Source of the DNA: Nemertoderma westbladi
Lineage: Eukaryota; Animalia; Xenacoelomorpha
Length of the DNA: 64,000 nucleotides
NCBI GenBank assembly: GCA_032718475.1
Contig: JAUCBJ010006842.1
Location: 248,001 to 312,000 of the forward strand
Direction of reading: 5' to 3'
Of the stretch, positions 36,297-50,219 are shown in pieces. A program made the position numbers and the translations under genes. Below the pieces are notes generated by a model. The model saw nothing but the letters and a program-made list of their open reading frames with translations. It searched no databases and was not told the origin of the DNA. Positions within the stretch are counted from its first letter, which is position 1. Each line of letters starts with the position of its first letter.

Positions 36297-39200
36297 TTCC
36301 CATCTATTGATTATTCCCATCTAAAATCCATCTATTGTTTTATGTAATTATCTGTACCACTTACAGTGTGCAACTAGTCGAGATGATATAGTTAGCAACC
36401 CTAGAAATTTCTACTGTATATATTGCCATGACACAATTTTCCCCTTCAGTTCCGTAGTTGATAATGATCCCGATATTTTTCCTTGTTCTTCGTCTTATCA
36501 TGATTTACTAAATAACGAATTTTTTTTGGAAAATAGCGGAAATGTAAATAATGAACCTTTGTCTCTAATAGATCCTGATTCCAACATGGAAACAAATTTT
36601 TTCACAAATAATTACGATCCTTATACGTTTACACAATTTTCACAAACCTTAAAATCAAATACTCTCAGTTTTTTTCACTTAAATTGCCGTAGCCTGCAGT
36701 CAAATTTAAATGACATTTCTACATTTATAGATCTTCTGCAACATCGCTTTTCGGTAGTATCTTTTACCGAAACTTTCTCTAAGGACGATAGCCGCGTTAA
36801 ACTGTATGGTATTCCTGGGTATAAAGCGCCCTATTTGCAACATCGTGGTAATACTGTTCGGGGAGGCGTTGCCATGTTTGTTAGGGATGATATGGAGTCA
36901 GTACAACGTTCCGATTTAGTAATGCCTGATATAGATAATTTATGGGTGGAAATAAATTCCAAAATTCCTAATAAAAAATTAATAGTAGGCACTATTTATA
37001 GATCTCAAAGTATACAGCTAGACCATTTTTTCAACATTTTAGATAATCAACTTGCAAAATTAAACCAATTAAACTGCGATATTGTGATAAATGGCGACTT
37101 TAATATAAATACCTTAGTAAACTCTAAATCTAAATTTACTTACATGCAAATACTCAATTCTTTCGGTTACCAACAATTAATAGATAAGCCCACTAGAGTT
37201 TGTAGGAGTACAAATTCTTGTATTGATCATTTTATTACAAATAAATATTCAGAAATTATTCAAAGTGGCGTCTTCCCACTTGAAATTGGTACCACCGACC
37301 ACTACGCAATCTTTTCTGCTTTTCGTGATTCTAGAGATTTTTTTGCCGAAAAAAAACATATAAAACATGACTTTTCGAACTTCGATAATAATGCTTTTGT
37401 GGCCGATCTTTCCAACGAAAACAACTGGACTACAACTTCAAATAACTTAACTAATACTGATTTTGAAAACTGCTATCACGATATAGAAAAAATATTTAAC
37501 CGCCATGCCCCAAAACGATGTGTTCCCCTTAGAGAATCGCCACGTAAGCCTTGGTTAACTCCTGACTTAGTAAATAAAATTAATATTAAACATAAATTAT
37601 ATTCCAATTATGTAAAAATAAAATCAATAAGAAACCACGAGATCTATAAACGATTCCGTAACAAATTGTCAACTTTATTAAAACAACGGGAACGCGCTTT
37701 TTTTTCAAATCAATTCCAATTACATTCAAAAAATATTTAAAAAACGTGGAGACTAATAAACCAAGTCTTAAGTAAACGTTCAGATCGCTCCTCACCAATC
37801 TGTATTAAAGAGCCAAATACTGGCGTTAAGCTAACCAATCCAAACAAAATTGCAGAGACTTTTAACTTGTTTTATACCTCAGTGGGCCAAGCACTAGCAA
37901 ATGAAATCGAGGATACTAATAAAAGTCCATCATTTTATATAAAAACCCCGCAGTCAAATTCTTTTGCTCTTTTAGAGATTTCTCCAGAGGAACTACAAAA
38001 AATAATTATGGACCCACCTGACGATAAATCAAGTAATGACGAATTTTCAATAAAATTATTAAAAATAGGTTCACTCCATATTGCGAATAAGCTAACTCCT
38101 TTTATTAATAACTGTATACGTACATCATCTTTTCCAGACTTTTTGAAGATTGCTAGAGTGGTTCCAATTTACAAGGGAGGAGACCCCACTGACACATCAA
38201 ACTATAGGCCTATTTCAATACTAAGCATTGTCAGTAAAGTTCTAGAACGTGTAATATATGACCAATTAATTGTATACATAACTAAATATAAAATTCTTTG
38301 TAATAACCAGTACGGATTTAGGAAAAAATTATCTACATACCATGCCTTATTACAAATTACCGAAAATATTCGAGACACCTTGGACAATTACGAATCTTCT
38401 TGTGTAATCTACGTCGACTTGAAGAAGGCGTTCGATACACTATCCCATAAAATTCTTCTAAATAAACTCGAACTTTATGGTATCCGCGGGCCTCCTTTAG
38501 ATTTACTAAATTCATATCTTACTAACCGAAAGCAGTATGTAGTGGTCGGCGACCACTGCTCCTCTTTGCGCGATATCCAGTTAGGCGTCCCACAAGGCTC
38601 CATATTAGGCCCCCTCCTCTTTATTCTATATGTAAATGATCTTCCGTTGTGTAGTAACCTAAATACTGTACTATTTGCCGATGACACGAGCTTGTCTGCC
38701 AGTGGTAAATCGGTTGGTGATCTGATAGCTAATGTAAATAATGAGTTAGGTAAAGTGGTAGAATGGCTTAATACAAATAAATTATCCCTAAATTTAAAAA
38801 AAACTGAATATTCGTTATTTTCTAACTTGTCTCTAGATTATTCTTCAGCACCTAAGGTTAAAATTAAAAATACAGAATTAAGATTAAAATCTACAGTTAA
38901 ATACTTGGGTATCTTAATCGATTCAGATATGTCCTGGCGATCGCATACATCCTACATTTTAAAGAAGATAGCCCGTTCAGTAGGAATTTTTTTCAGACTG
39001 CGTTATTTACTCCCGATGTGTATTTTACGAACTTTGTACTATTCTCTTATAAACCCTTATTTGCAGTATGGTATCGTAGTCTGGGGAAATACTTTCAGTT
39101 CATATCTTAAACCTATCCGAGTTTGTGTAAACAAGGTTCTTAGAGCAATAACCTTTTCTCACTGGCAGGCAAGTTCGGGTCCACTTTACCGTGATTTATC

Positions 39201-39852
39201 TATATTACCTTTGGAGGAATTGTATATCTTCACCGTCGCTAGGGCGATGTTCGATATACATAATAAAGAGGGGGTGGCTGCATTGGAGGGGCGCTTTGTA
39301 CCTGCGAGTACCGTCCATAGTCACAACACGCGGTTCGCCTCTAGGGGAAATTTCTGGGTACCTTCTGTTAGGCTTCAAGTTGCCCGAAGATCATTTAAAT
39401 ATCAAGGAACAAAACTATGGAATGAATTATCTGAAGAAATACGAAATATAAAGTCAAAAATTACTTTCTCTAAACGATTAAAATCACATCTGATGGGGTA
39501 TGATTGAATAGTGGCAATATGTATCAGGGATTGCAATGCTCTCGATTTCATCCTAAGAAATTATAAAGGCATTTTATGAGTCCGGCCTGCCGGCTCTGGC
39601 TCCGGGTCCGGCTCTGGCTAATCCAGCTCATCTGTGTCGTGCGGCGCCAATGTGAACACTAATAACCAGTCTTGCTGGATGCGCATTGTTGAGGCAGTAT
39701 CTACGGTAGGCGTATTCATTAATTAATTAATGTGTATTGTATATTACGTAGTGCATTCATTATGCTGATTGACGTGGTGCCCTACACTAGCTATGCTATG
39801 GGGCCCACGTCAATCATTATGCAATCTATGGAAATAAATAAATAAATTGAAA
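36297..39852 (+). mobile_element. CR1/L2-group (Crack/Daphne-like) LINE nested in the Gypsy protease: PHD remnant, APE, RT, one nonsense codon
   Basis: Frame is open from 36325 (CNYLYHLQC...FYCIYC..IFPF). APE (HLNCRSL, GDFNIN, TDHY), single in-frame TAA at 37738, RT (GVPQGSILGP, LFADDT). 3' hairpin TGATTGACGTGG...CCACGTCAATCA and (AAAT)n tail. ATTAA at 36292-36296 and 39853-39857. Confidence 0.93.
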
Positions 39853-42800
39853 ATTAAGGGTGTAGGAGGGTTAATGCCAGTATTAGGTGAAGTGCATCTA
39901 CCGATTGTTATTACGTCAGACTTTAAAGTAGACATATTAGTGTATATTGGCGACTTACTGAAAATTGATGGTTCTGAAATTATTTTTGGTAAAGATTTTA
40001 TCTACCAAGCCTGTACCTCATTTGATTTAGTAAAGCAATGTATGATTTTACGGAATAACGAGTGTGTTTATTTTTGTAGTCCACCGACTCAGGTTATATC
40101 TAACTCAACCACAGAACACTATACTCGCCGTATAATTATGTCAGAAAAGAGGGTTACTATACCACCAGATTCACAGGCATATATTACATGTTGTTTGAAG
40201 GGAAAGGGAAGTAATTGTAGCTTCCCAGCAGGACCAGTTTATATTGAACCTCTGTATCAGTCGAATACTCAAACCCTACTAGCACGTTGTATTATAGATC
40301 CAATTGATAGAGAACGTGTTACATTACAAGTTTTAAACCCAAACAATTCACCAGTTACTGTTTTTAAGAACCAGAAGGTAGCATCATACTGTGACGTCAC
40401 TAATTATACCTTGTGTACTTTAGAAAGTAGGGCTATCAGTACAGATAGTGTAGTTAATGATGCCAATGGTAAACAGATATTTTTACGTGAAGAATTAAAA
40501 TTAGACCATTTAGACTCTGATAAACAAGCTGATGTATTGGACATTGTTGGACAGAATCCCCATTCATTTTCTTACAATGATTATGACATAGGACGGACTA
40601 CACTGTTACAACATTCTATACCTTTGAAACCTGATGCTAAACCGATACATGTAAAGCCTTATCCAATACCCGTAGCCATACGTCCAGAACTGAGAGAACG
40701 GTTAAGTAATTTACAACGTGTAGGAGTTATACCATGGTTCGACAACGAATGTCATGATCGTAAACTACACATGCTGCATTTGTTCTCAAAAAGGAATTTC
40801 TCTACTACTGACAAAGATATTTTCTGGGAAGCACGCCGTGAATACAAAAAACTGCTGAAATACAAACGTGAAATTTATGAGGAAGATCGCCTTCTAGAAC
40901 GTATAGCTCAAACTGAAATTACACCATGGACTTTGCTGAGAGAAGGCAAACCAAACAATGTAGCACCTATACCAATGGATAAACTTGAAACTCATTTTGA
41001 GAATCTTTTAAGTCACTTAAATGACCCGTTAAATACTCCCGACATTCCAGAAACATCAAATGATGAAACCAACAGTGATGAATGGTATAATGTGAGTAGA
41101 AGTAGAAAATACTATTAACCACGCAGCTAACCGTAAAGCTAGCGGACCCGATCGTATTTACTAAGAACACCTTAAACAAGGCCTACCGTTTATTATTCAC
41201 CTCTTAGTCCTACTTTATAACACGTGTCTCAATCTAGGCTCAATCCCAGAAGTTTGGATGTCCAGTTTCATCAAGGTTCTATACAAAGGAAAGGGTAAAA
41301 TTACCAATCCAGATAATTACCGCGGCATAGCGCTTCTAAGCGTCATTCTCAAGATATTTACCTCCATTATAAACAAGCGTTTACTACTCAGACTCTTACA
41401 TCGTTTACCACTAGAACAATTTGGGTTTACCCCGGGCAAATCTACAACTGACGCAATTAAGCTCCTTCTTTCCGAGATCTCGTCACTAGTTGCCTCTGAG
41501 GGACGAGTCTATGTGGCTTTCGTAGACTTTCGGAAGGCCTTCGACTCCACCAGCCGAAATATTTTCTTCCATAAACTCTACCACGATTTCGGTGTCAAAG
41601 GGAAACTATACAACATCATCAAATCAATACTGAAAGTAAATTTCATACAAATCTATGATGGGTTACGTCTATCAAATGCAATCCGACAAATACTCGGTTT
41701 CTTACAAGGCGATTGCCTTTCTCCGACGAATTTCATCCTGTACATTGCCGACCTCGTATCTGCCCTGCGGCGCGCAATCCAGTTTCTGAAATGTATATTT
41801 TATGCCGATGATCTTGCTTTTTACTCTACCAACCCTAGGGATATTCAAGACGGTCTTAACAACCTTCACAAATGGTGCTGTGAAAACTCTACAAGTTAAC
41901 CTAATAAAAACAAAGATTGTTAAGTTTAGGAAGGGTGGCCGGCTTGCTCTGTATGACAAATTCTTTTACAATGGGGAGGCTGTAACAATCTGTGACCATT
42001 ACGAGTATCTGGGACTCACCCTACAACCAACTTTGACGTTCACAAAGCACATTAAAGCAAAAAAAGAAAAGGCATATTCCGCCATTGGCTCTCTTAGAAA
42101 CCTGCATCTAGTTTCTGTACAAACCGGAATGAAAATATTTCAAATGAAGATTTTCCCAATGACAACGTATGCAATATCCGAGTTTGGTCCCCTGCTTACA
42201 CTGCCCCAACTAAAGGAAATCGACAAAATAAAATCTACATTTATAAAACGGTTACTCGGCCTACACATCTCCTCATCCTCCACGCTCGCTTTGAAATTAA
42301 TCAACGAAGAAACCTTAACTAATGACATTGTTCTTAAATTCCCAGGCATATTTAACTCAGCAATTCTAGAACAGTACAACACTTTCAGAAACGATCGCAA
42401 TGCAAATTTCAATGCAGAACAATACCAGCTGGGCCCTGCGTTCCAATCATCTAGCTGGAAACGCAGCGGCCAACGACACCGTCACCTAGCAACAAGAACC
42501 ATATCACACGGGTTTCATTTCAAGCTGTGTGAAAATAATTCCTACCACTATCCATGTATTGACTGTATATGTCGTTTCTGTCTGCAACCCGCAAAGAACC
42601 GATACCATGCCCTAGTCTGCGACAAATGCCCAACAATATCCACCTTATCCTCTCAATAACTAATTATTTTAGACCATATATTAATATTTTTAATAATTTA
42701 TAAATTTTAGATTCCGTGCAATTTAATATATAATTACAGTACTTAGGTTTTTTACCATTTACCCCGACTGGGGGGTGTCCAGATTAATTAACAATACCCG

Positions 42801-45767
42801 TAGCCATACGTCCAGAACTGAGAGAACGGTTAAGTAATTTACAACGTGTAGGAGTTATACAGCCGAGTACCAGTGAATGGTCTTCTCCTCTTATTATTGT
42901 TAAGGCACCTAATAAGCCATGGCGCTTAGCTATAGACTATAGGGGACTTAATTCAGTAGCGGTTCCTCAATTTTGGCCATTACCTAATATTGATTACATG
43001 TTAGCAGAAGTTGGTGCTGCCAGACCAGAATATTTCAGTGCATTGGATTTTAAATCCATGTTTTGGCAAGTAGAGATTAATCCGGAGGATTATGCGAAGA
43101 CCGCCTTTCATACTCAGTGGGGAAACTTTGAGTTTCGTAGAATGCCGTTTGGGCTTCAGTCATCACCCAGTACGTGTCAGAGATTAATGCAACTAGGATT
43201 AGAAGGGATATAATGTGCTTTAGTGTACATGGATGACCTGATATTGTATTCTAGAACGTGGGAACAGCACATAGAACTCATAGATATAGTACTACGGCGT
43301 ATAAGTGAGTTAGGTCTCAAATTGAAACCATCTAAATGTTGTTTTGGAGCGAGTTCAATACACTTCCTAGGACACATTATTGATCGGGATGGTATACATA
43401 CTGATCCTAAGAAAATAAGTACGATGGTCGATTTCCCCAGACCTACTTGTGTGAAGGACTTACAGAGTTTTCTGGGCCTGTGTGGATACTACAGGAAATT
43501 TGTGAGAGATTATGGCAAATTAGTACAACCATTGTATGGCCTAACTAAAGTAGGAGTGCCGTCTTACTGGAATGCAGATTGTGAACAAGCTTTTCTAGAA
43601 CTCAAGAATCGACTCGTTTCATCGCCAATTTTATCCCACCCTGACTTTGAACGAGAGTTTACCTTAGAAACTGATGCCAGTGGATCTGGACTTGGAGCGA
43701 TACTTTGCCAAGACGATAAGGTTATAGCTTATGCTTCGCGTTCCCTGACTTGTGCTGAAGCTAAGTGGTCGATTACGGAATTAGAGGGATTAGCAGTAGT
43801 TTGGGCCGTAGCTAAGTTTCGTTTTTATTTATTGGGTCGGCATTTTAAAGTGATTTCAGATCATAACCCCCTGCGATGCTTGTCTTGGGTTGGTGTCAAT
43901 CGCCATATTACGGGTCGTCTCCAAAGGTGGGCACTGAAACTGTCAGAATACGATTATACTTTTATTTATAAGCCCGGAAAGTTTAACAGGGCTGATTGCT
44001 TATCCCGAATAAAGTAGAACATCCTCTAGATACGACTAACACTGTAAACAATCACAGTAACGAACTCGATGTTGAACCATTTTGTTTAATTAATGTTCCT
44101 GTAATAAACCCTGTAGACTCTACAGACGTGACTGGAGACACAGACAATTTGATGAATAACCAATCTAATGTAGTGAATGTAGATACCGATGAACTACAAG
44201 GTCTTGTAGACTTATTTAGTTGCAATGGAACGGATTCGAAGGTTTGTAACCATGACTACCAGGATAAACAGAGTTCAGTAGCAAATGACGATGATGGATG
44301 TTCATATTACCGTGCTCCAGACACCTCAATACATGTAGATAGTTTCGCAGACGTTCAGTCTTCCTTACCTGTGTTACCTAGCAATGTGGAGTTTTGTAGT
44401 TTGTCCAGACTACGTAAACTGCAGTTGGAAGATTCAAATATTAAGGTGATGGTAGAATATTTACAAACGGGAAATAAACCAGAATTTAATCGTAAGCTCT
44501 CTGAGTGTAAGAATATGGTAAAGTTACATACACAATATGTATTAGTAGATGGTATTCTATGTCACGTCTCGGATTGTAAGACAAATAAGACAATACAAGT
44601 AGTAGTACCTAAGTTACTACGTAGACAGGTACTACTTCAGTTCCATGACCTCAGGTCACATTTAGGAATTAATAAAACGTTGAATGACATTAAAGTAAAA
44701 TTTTATTGGGTAAATCTCCGGGATGATGTAGCGCGGTACATACATAGTTGTGATCCTTGTCAACGACGTAAAGGATCTACTTATATTCAACCATTAACTA
44801 GTTTACCAGCCCCCACCCGAGTTATGGAAAGATTATCTATTGATATCGTGAAAGGGTTTCCCACTAGTCCAACTGGTAATAAACTTGTTTTCACTATTAC
44901 AGAACATTTAACCCGATATGTTGAACTATTACCTGTCCCTGACGAACAAGCTGAAACTTTAGCCCGGGAATTGGTAAATAAAATATTTTGTGTATACGGT
45001 GCAGCTGAGATTATTTTATCGGATAGAGGTCCAAGTTTTACTTCGTCACTTTTCTCGGAACTGGAAAAAATATTTGGCATTGTTCGTGTGTTAACTTCAG
45101 CGTACCACCCACAATGCAATGGTCTTACTGAAAGGGTCAACCAATCCATGTGTAATATGTTAGCACTGACAACTCGTGACCAACTCGTGGTCATGGTCGT
45201 AACCATGACAACTGGGAAGAAATGCTTCCCCTAGTACAATTTAATTATAACACTAGCGTACATTCTAGTATAGGGATGGCACCATTTACGTTGATGTTTG
45301 GTAGGGAGGCTCGTCTACCAATAGATACTCGTATTGAGCGGCCTTATAGTTTGTTGGCTGACACAGCGACATACCCTGACGAATTACGTAAGAACTTACA
45401 AAATGCCCACAAGTTAGTTAGAGAACAACTAAGTAAAGCACAGAATAAACAAAAACGCCTCCACGATCGTAAAGTGAAACAAAATTTGCAATCATTTGTG
45501 ACAGGCGATAAAGTATTGTATTTTGATCGACGCGTTAAGCGCAAGAATAATAAGTTGCGGTTCCGTTTTACCGGACCCTATGTAGTGCTCCGTAAGCATT
45601 CGCAGTTTTCATATGAATTACGTCCTGTACGGAAACGAGTTACACCACGAACTCCAGTGTTGGTAGTGAACGCGACAGATTTAAAGTTATATCAAGTGCG
45701 TTCATCCGCTTGTGAAAGTAATAACCCTTCTATGTCCAATGGACAAAGTGATGTCGACACACCTTAG
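39853..45767 (+). pseudogene. pol: Gypsy pol remainder (protease C-half, RT, RNase H, integrase), disrupted by a LINE, a stop and frameshifts
   Basis: WSSPLIIV, IDYRGLN, YMDDL, ETDASG, integrase H-H-C-C (FHD..SHLG...CDPCQ), SID...SDRG...NGLTER, and GPY motif (FTGPY). Confidence 0.93.
40733..42791 (+). mobile_element. 5'-truncated LINE (RTEX-like, clade tentative) with C-terminal CCHC finger, nested in the Gypsy RT; 69-bp TSD
   Basis: NYRGIALL, FVDFRKAFDS, LQGDCLSP, FYADDL, KFRKGGRL, YEYLG, CRFC...HALVC. 40664-40732 is identical to 42792-42860. Confidence 0.9.
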
Positions 45768-46669
45768 TGTACAGTAGTACATACAGTAAGGTATAAGTAT
45801 ATACAGTAGAACAGTGACTGATGATATTTACATAAACCAACAAACTATATGCAATATGCACTACCGTATGCAGTTTAGATCCTACTAAACATTTTGTAGG
45901 TTATTATTGCACGGTCAGTATATTATTGGTATGTATACTTGTTACTATTTAGATTAGACATATTTAGTGTTTTATTTTATGAATGTAAATTAAACTATAA
46001 ATTTTTGCTGTTCCCACTTCACCCTCTTTGTTGTCGCAGAAAAATAACTATTTAGCGGAACCGAATCCTCTAATCTCATTTGGTAGTAAATGTGGTGTTG
46101 TTTTACATTTGAATAAATGTACAGTATGTATTTTATTTTTGGATACCATAAGTTTATTGATATGTTTATTCATTCTGTGGGTAGAGACTTATTTTGTTTC
46201 TGTTTATTTCATAGAAAACTCGCCAATTGGCTATTTTGCTTGCATTGGGCGCCAAGGGAGGTCTTGAAAGTCTGTTGTATATTATTAGCCTATTGGTTAT
46301 TAACTTTTTATTAAATAATATTTGCCTATTGGCTATCATTTTGCATTGCATGTATTAATTGTTGTCTAATGACTGCCATATTCAGTAAATTTAATTGCCT
46401 ATTGGCTAAGCTACTGTAGCTGAAATTAATATCGACTTAGTACATATTGCAGTTGGTATTGGCAACTGGTAGTTGAGAATAGGAATTCACATTTCCTGTA
46501 CATAAATGAATAAAGTGTACCAAGTGCGTTGGATTTTAACTAATTCTATATTCATATATTTTGTAGGTATTTTTACATTATTATTGTGCTGTTTTTATTT
46601 AGATTCGGTTCTGCATAATATTTTGATCAAACCACTCGGGACGAGTGGTTTCCTTTCGTGGGGGGGATT

Positions 46670-47134
46670 TGTGGTGATCAGCAGCAAGGACATACAAAAT
46701 ATGAAACACAACAATATCAAATTACAAAAAACGTTATAAATAATATAACGCCATCTAGGGAAGTTTACAGGAAACAACAAAATTGCGCTAGAATAATCCT
46801 GACCGCTGATTGGAGGATAACAAAGAGGGATAGATAGGTAGGATAATACCGGTAAGTAAGGAATATATCAAGATATGGTCAGTACAATACAGTACCTACA
46901 GTAGTAGTTTAGATTCGTGTTTATTTTTGGATGTCTGACATCTGACTGTCTGACGTATGTACAGATGTATTTCAGTATTTTGATTTATCTGTTTTGATTA
47001 GATGAACTAACAAACTAATCGTTTTAGCCAGCCTGCCAGTTAACGGCAGATTTTCTTCAGGGAAACCAGAAAAACTAAGTGGTAGATTGCCACGGAACCC
47101 GGGTTCGACCTTATCCTGTTATCCAGCTTCCACA
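46670..47134 (+). repeat. Gypsy 3' LTR (465 bp)
   Basis: Preceded by hairpin AAACCACTCG-GGA-CGAGTGGTTT and a G-rich polypurine tract. Confidence 0.97.
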
Positions 47135-47736
47135 AGAATAACTGCGGTGTAACTGGTGTAATATCACTGGAGACACTTTTTTTAAACTCATATAGCTAAA
47201 GATTAAAAGCAAAAATAAAAATTCTGGCTCACCCAGTCAGTGGTCGGGAGGTGAAACTATCTCTGTTTCAAATTTCATGCAATCTCATTAAGATTTGTTG
47301 AAAAATTAGGGGGGGGGGGGGGGGGGGGGTGGGCGTGTCACTGAATTACGACATTATATTCTGGGACATGGTATGTATACATTGGTGTAATTTCGACAGA
47401 TTGATGTAAATATATTAATTTTAAATAAATACTTTTCTGCTCTTTATCAAACTCGAATACAGTACGATTATATTGTGCACACAATACAATCATAATTTTA
47501 TTTATATTTATTTATTTTTTATTTCAAGTTCAATATGGATATTTTTAAAACCAAAACATAATTTGAACCATCCTTAAGTGCTTAAACGCCTAGGCGGTCT
47601 TCTCCCTCCCTTATCTCGTACTTTTATAATTGTATCATATGTTTTAAATTGCATATTATTTTACTCAGTTGATGGCCATTCCACCAACCCACCTGCGGCA
47701 ATCGCACTACTATTCGTTCGCAACTGCTGGGCGTAT

Positions 47737-48172
47737 AGGCCCGTATCCGTGCTGCTTTTTTTGAGCTTTATTTAGTTAAAACAATTTATAGGAATTAATT
47801 GCTTCAAGATGAATCTGAGAATTTTGGAATGTGAAAACCTAAAATATAGAAGAAAGCTCCAAAAAAGCTCGTAAAAGAGCTCAAAAAAAGCTTGAAAAAC
47901 AGCTCAAAAAACTGGGTCCAATTTTGAAAATATTTCGATTAAACGTATAAATTAGTGTTGGTATGACATAAATGTTCTAGAAATTAAATTTAATCTCGAA
48001 TTTTAAATACAAAGTGGTACTGGTACAGTATGTGTATCTCCAGTTTAACTAAACGTTAGAAAAGGTAAAGAAGCTTGAAAAAAAAAAGCTCAAAAGGAAG
48101 CTTGAAAAAAGCTCAAAAATAGCTCAGAATACCTACCCACATAAAAAAAAAAAGCAGCGCGGAAACGGGCCT
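47737..48172. mobile_element. MITE with ~26-bp TIRs
   Basis: AGGCCCGTATCCGTGCTGCTTTTTTT / AAAAAAAGCAGCGCGGAAACGGGCCT. Internal AAAAAGCTC repeats. Confidence 0.8.
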
Positions 48173-48255
48173 TTCGGAACATACGGTACATATTCTGCTT
48201 ATTGATTAATTAATTCATTCATTTATGTTATTATTATATGTTACTTATTTATACT

Positions 48256-48562
48256 TGTGGGGCGAGTCAGAACTGCGTGCCATCATCAAACTGTTACTAT
48301 GGCCGTTTTCCAAAAGTCTGATTGCGTGTCTCTGTTAGGTGTGTGTGTGTTGGAAGCCAATATTAGAATCTACCTACAGTCACTACATACAGTAGCAATA
48401 GTATAATTATAATAATTGTTCGCTCAGATGGCTTGCAGTTCTGCTGCACGAAGGGCCCCACTCGTGTTATAAGTGCATAACTGCTTTCGATCCATCATGC
48501 TGGGGACGAACTTTTATAAATCAATAAAAGTTATTAATGAATGATATTCTTTGAATTCAACA
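48256..48562 (+). mobile_element. Possible solo LTR
   Basis: Starts TGTGGGG, ends TTCAACA, with AATAAA ~40 bp from the end. No matching TSD found. Confidence 0.3.
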
Positions 48563-50219
48563 GGCTGTAAATTCTCGGGTGGCCACTCACCTGGAAATGC
48601 TGGAATAGTCAGGGAATTTCATTTTTCTTCAAATGTCAGGGAAATATGACAGCATTTTTGTAAAAAATTGACAAATCAGGGAATTCTTCATTCGTGTCAT
48701 AAGCGAAAATGTGTCACGCTCTCGGTAAAGTTATAGATAGTGTAATTACGTTTTTAATTTTTTTTAGGATAGCGTTGTAGTGTATTTGTATAATATTGTA
48801 TTTTTAACCAAGAATAACAAATGAGCGTAGAAAAAACTGCAAAGCTACAGGAAGGTAAGAATATAGTCATTATTATTTGATGTGTTTATTATTGTTGTTA
48901 CATATTGTATAAATAAATATACTATCTCATATATCTGTGACCCTGGCACCCTAAATCCGGAGAAACAGCAGGCATTTCTTCTTTCTAGGAGTCTACACAA
49001 ATTGTATGCATGAGGTTTTTGAGATGCAAGAGCAGGCGTGCATGCTGTGCTTATCTATAATAAAAAAAATAACTTCATTAGCACGCAAGATGCGGTTTTA
49101 TCCCGAAATAATTCTCACAACTTTTAAAATTTTGTTAAATTTGTTGTCCTAGATTAAATTTCCCGCTAACGAATAGACACTGTATCTGTGCTGGACAGGA
49201 CACTGGCACCTAACTGACGACCAATATAAAGTACATTGTACATGTACAATATAAAGTTACAAGGTAATAAAGGTTTGTGCGCGGCAAACATAATAATTAT
49301 AACGGACCAATGCTTCTTTCTGTAGCACAATTGATGTAATCTATGTAATGTATCCGCTGTAGTAATGTACAACAGGTTGTACATGTACAGTACAATGTAC
49401 ATTGAACTAATGTAGAGCATTAGTTTAAAACATTGTGTATTTAATAATTAATGTTGACAATTGCGCCTTTGCGGTCTTAATAATGACATGTTGGGAAACA
49501 TAACAGATTGGCATTACTAGCTCAAAACATGTGTAAACACTATACAGGCATCATAATTGTTATTCCATTTCCATAATATTGTTATCTTGTTCCAAAAATT
49601 GAGAAATTGTTTTTATGACTGATAATGATTATATTACACAGTTAACCGGAATTTAAAATCTAAAACCGCTTATCAATAGCGATTTTCATCAGTTATCACA
49701 TTTCGAGATATCACAATTCGCATTCAGCCATTAAAATCACCTATTTGAAATTACTATTATTGCATAAAAAACGAAAAATGAATAATCTCGAAATATTTAT
49801 TTTGTAATATTGATCACTTCACAAAACCCTACTACATTTACTTGCTCACATAGTGACAATTAAATTGCACATATCACATAGCAACAGTGTATGATGGTAC
49901 CAGACAGCTTTTAGAAATTTTAGTTAATAAAATTTTCAATATTTATAACTAACCTAAAAAAATTCTGCGCCACTCACCTAGTCACGTAGAATCAATATTT
50001 ATAGAAATTCATTCGTCTGATAGACATGTTGCCCAAATCTTGTACATCATATAAAAATATTTCATGTTGTATATAAACACAAAAGACAAATTTATACTTT
50101 AACTAGACCTAGAAGGTAAATAATAATTAACGTTTAAAGTAACTAACTTGAAAAAATAACTAACTCCAATTTACTTTTATTAAATAAATATATATTTCAG
50201 CTTATGTGCCTCCACAATA

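Larger units (their letters stand above)
33890..47134 (+). mobile_element. Full-length Ty3/Gypsy LTR retrotransposon (gag-pro-RT-RNaseH-IN) with two nested LINEs
   Basis: TG...CA LTRs at 33890-34356 and 46670-47134. TSD AGAA (33886-33889, 47135-47138). PBS, polypurine tract at ~46660-46667, domain order PR-RT-RH-IN. Confidence 0.97.
33520..47385. mobile_element. Palindromic (foldback) non-autonomous element, copy 1; own sequence 33520-33889 plus 47139-47385, split by the Gypsy
   Basis: Removing the Gypsy gives sequence colinear with 51640-52480 plus 56422-56643. Internal inverted symmetry. Confidence 0.7.

Noticed and set aside
45770-46660. Possible env gene between integrase and 3' LTR
   Set aside because: Only short (<80 aa) hydrophobic ORFs, as expected from T-rich DNA. 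No signal peptide/fusion/TM architecture.
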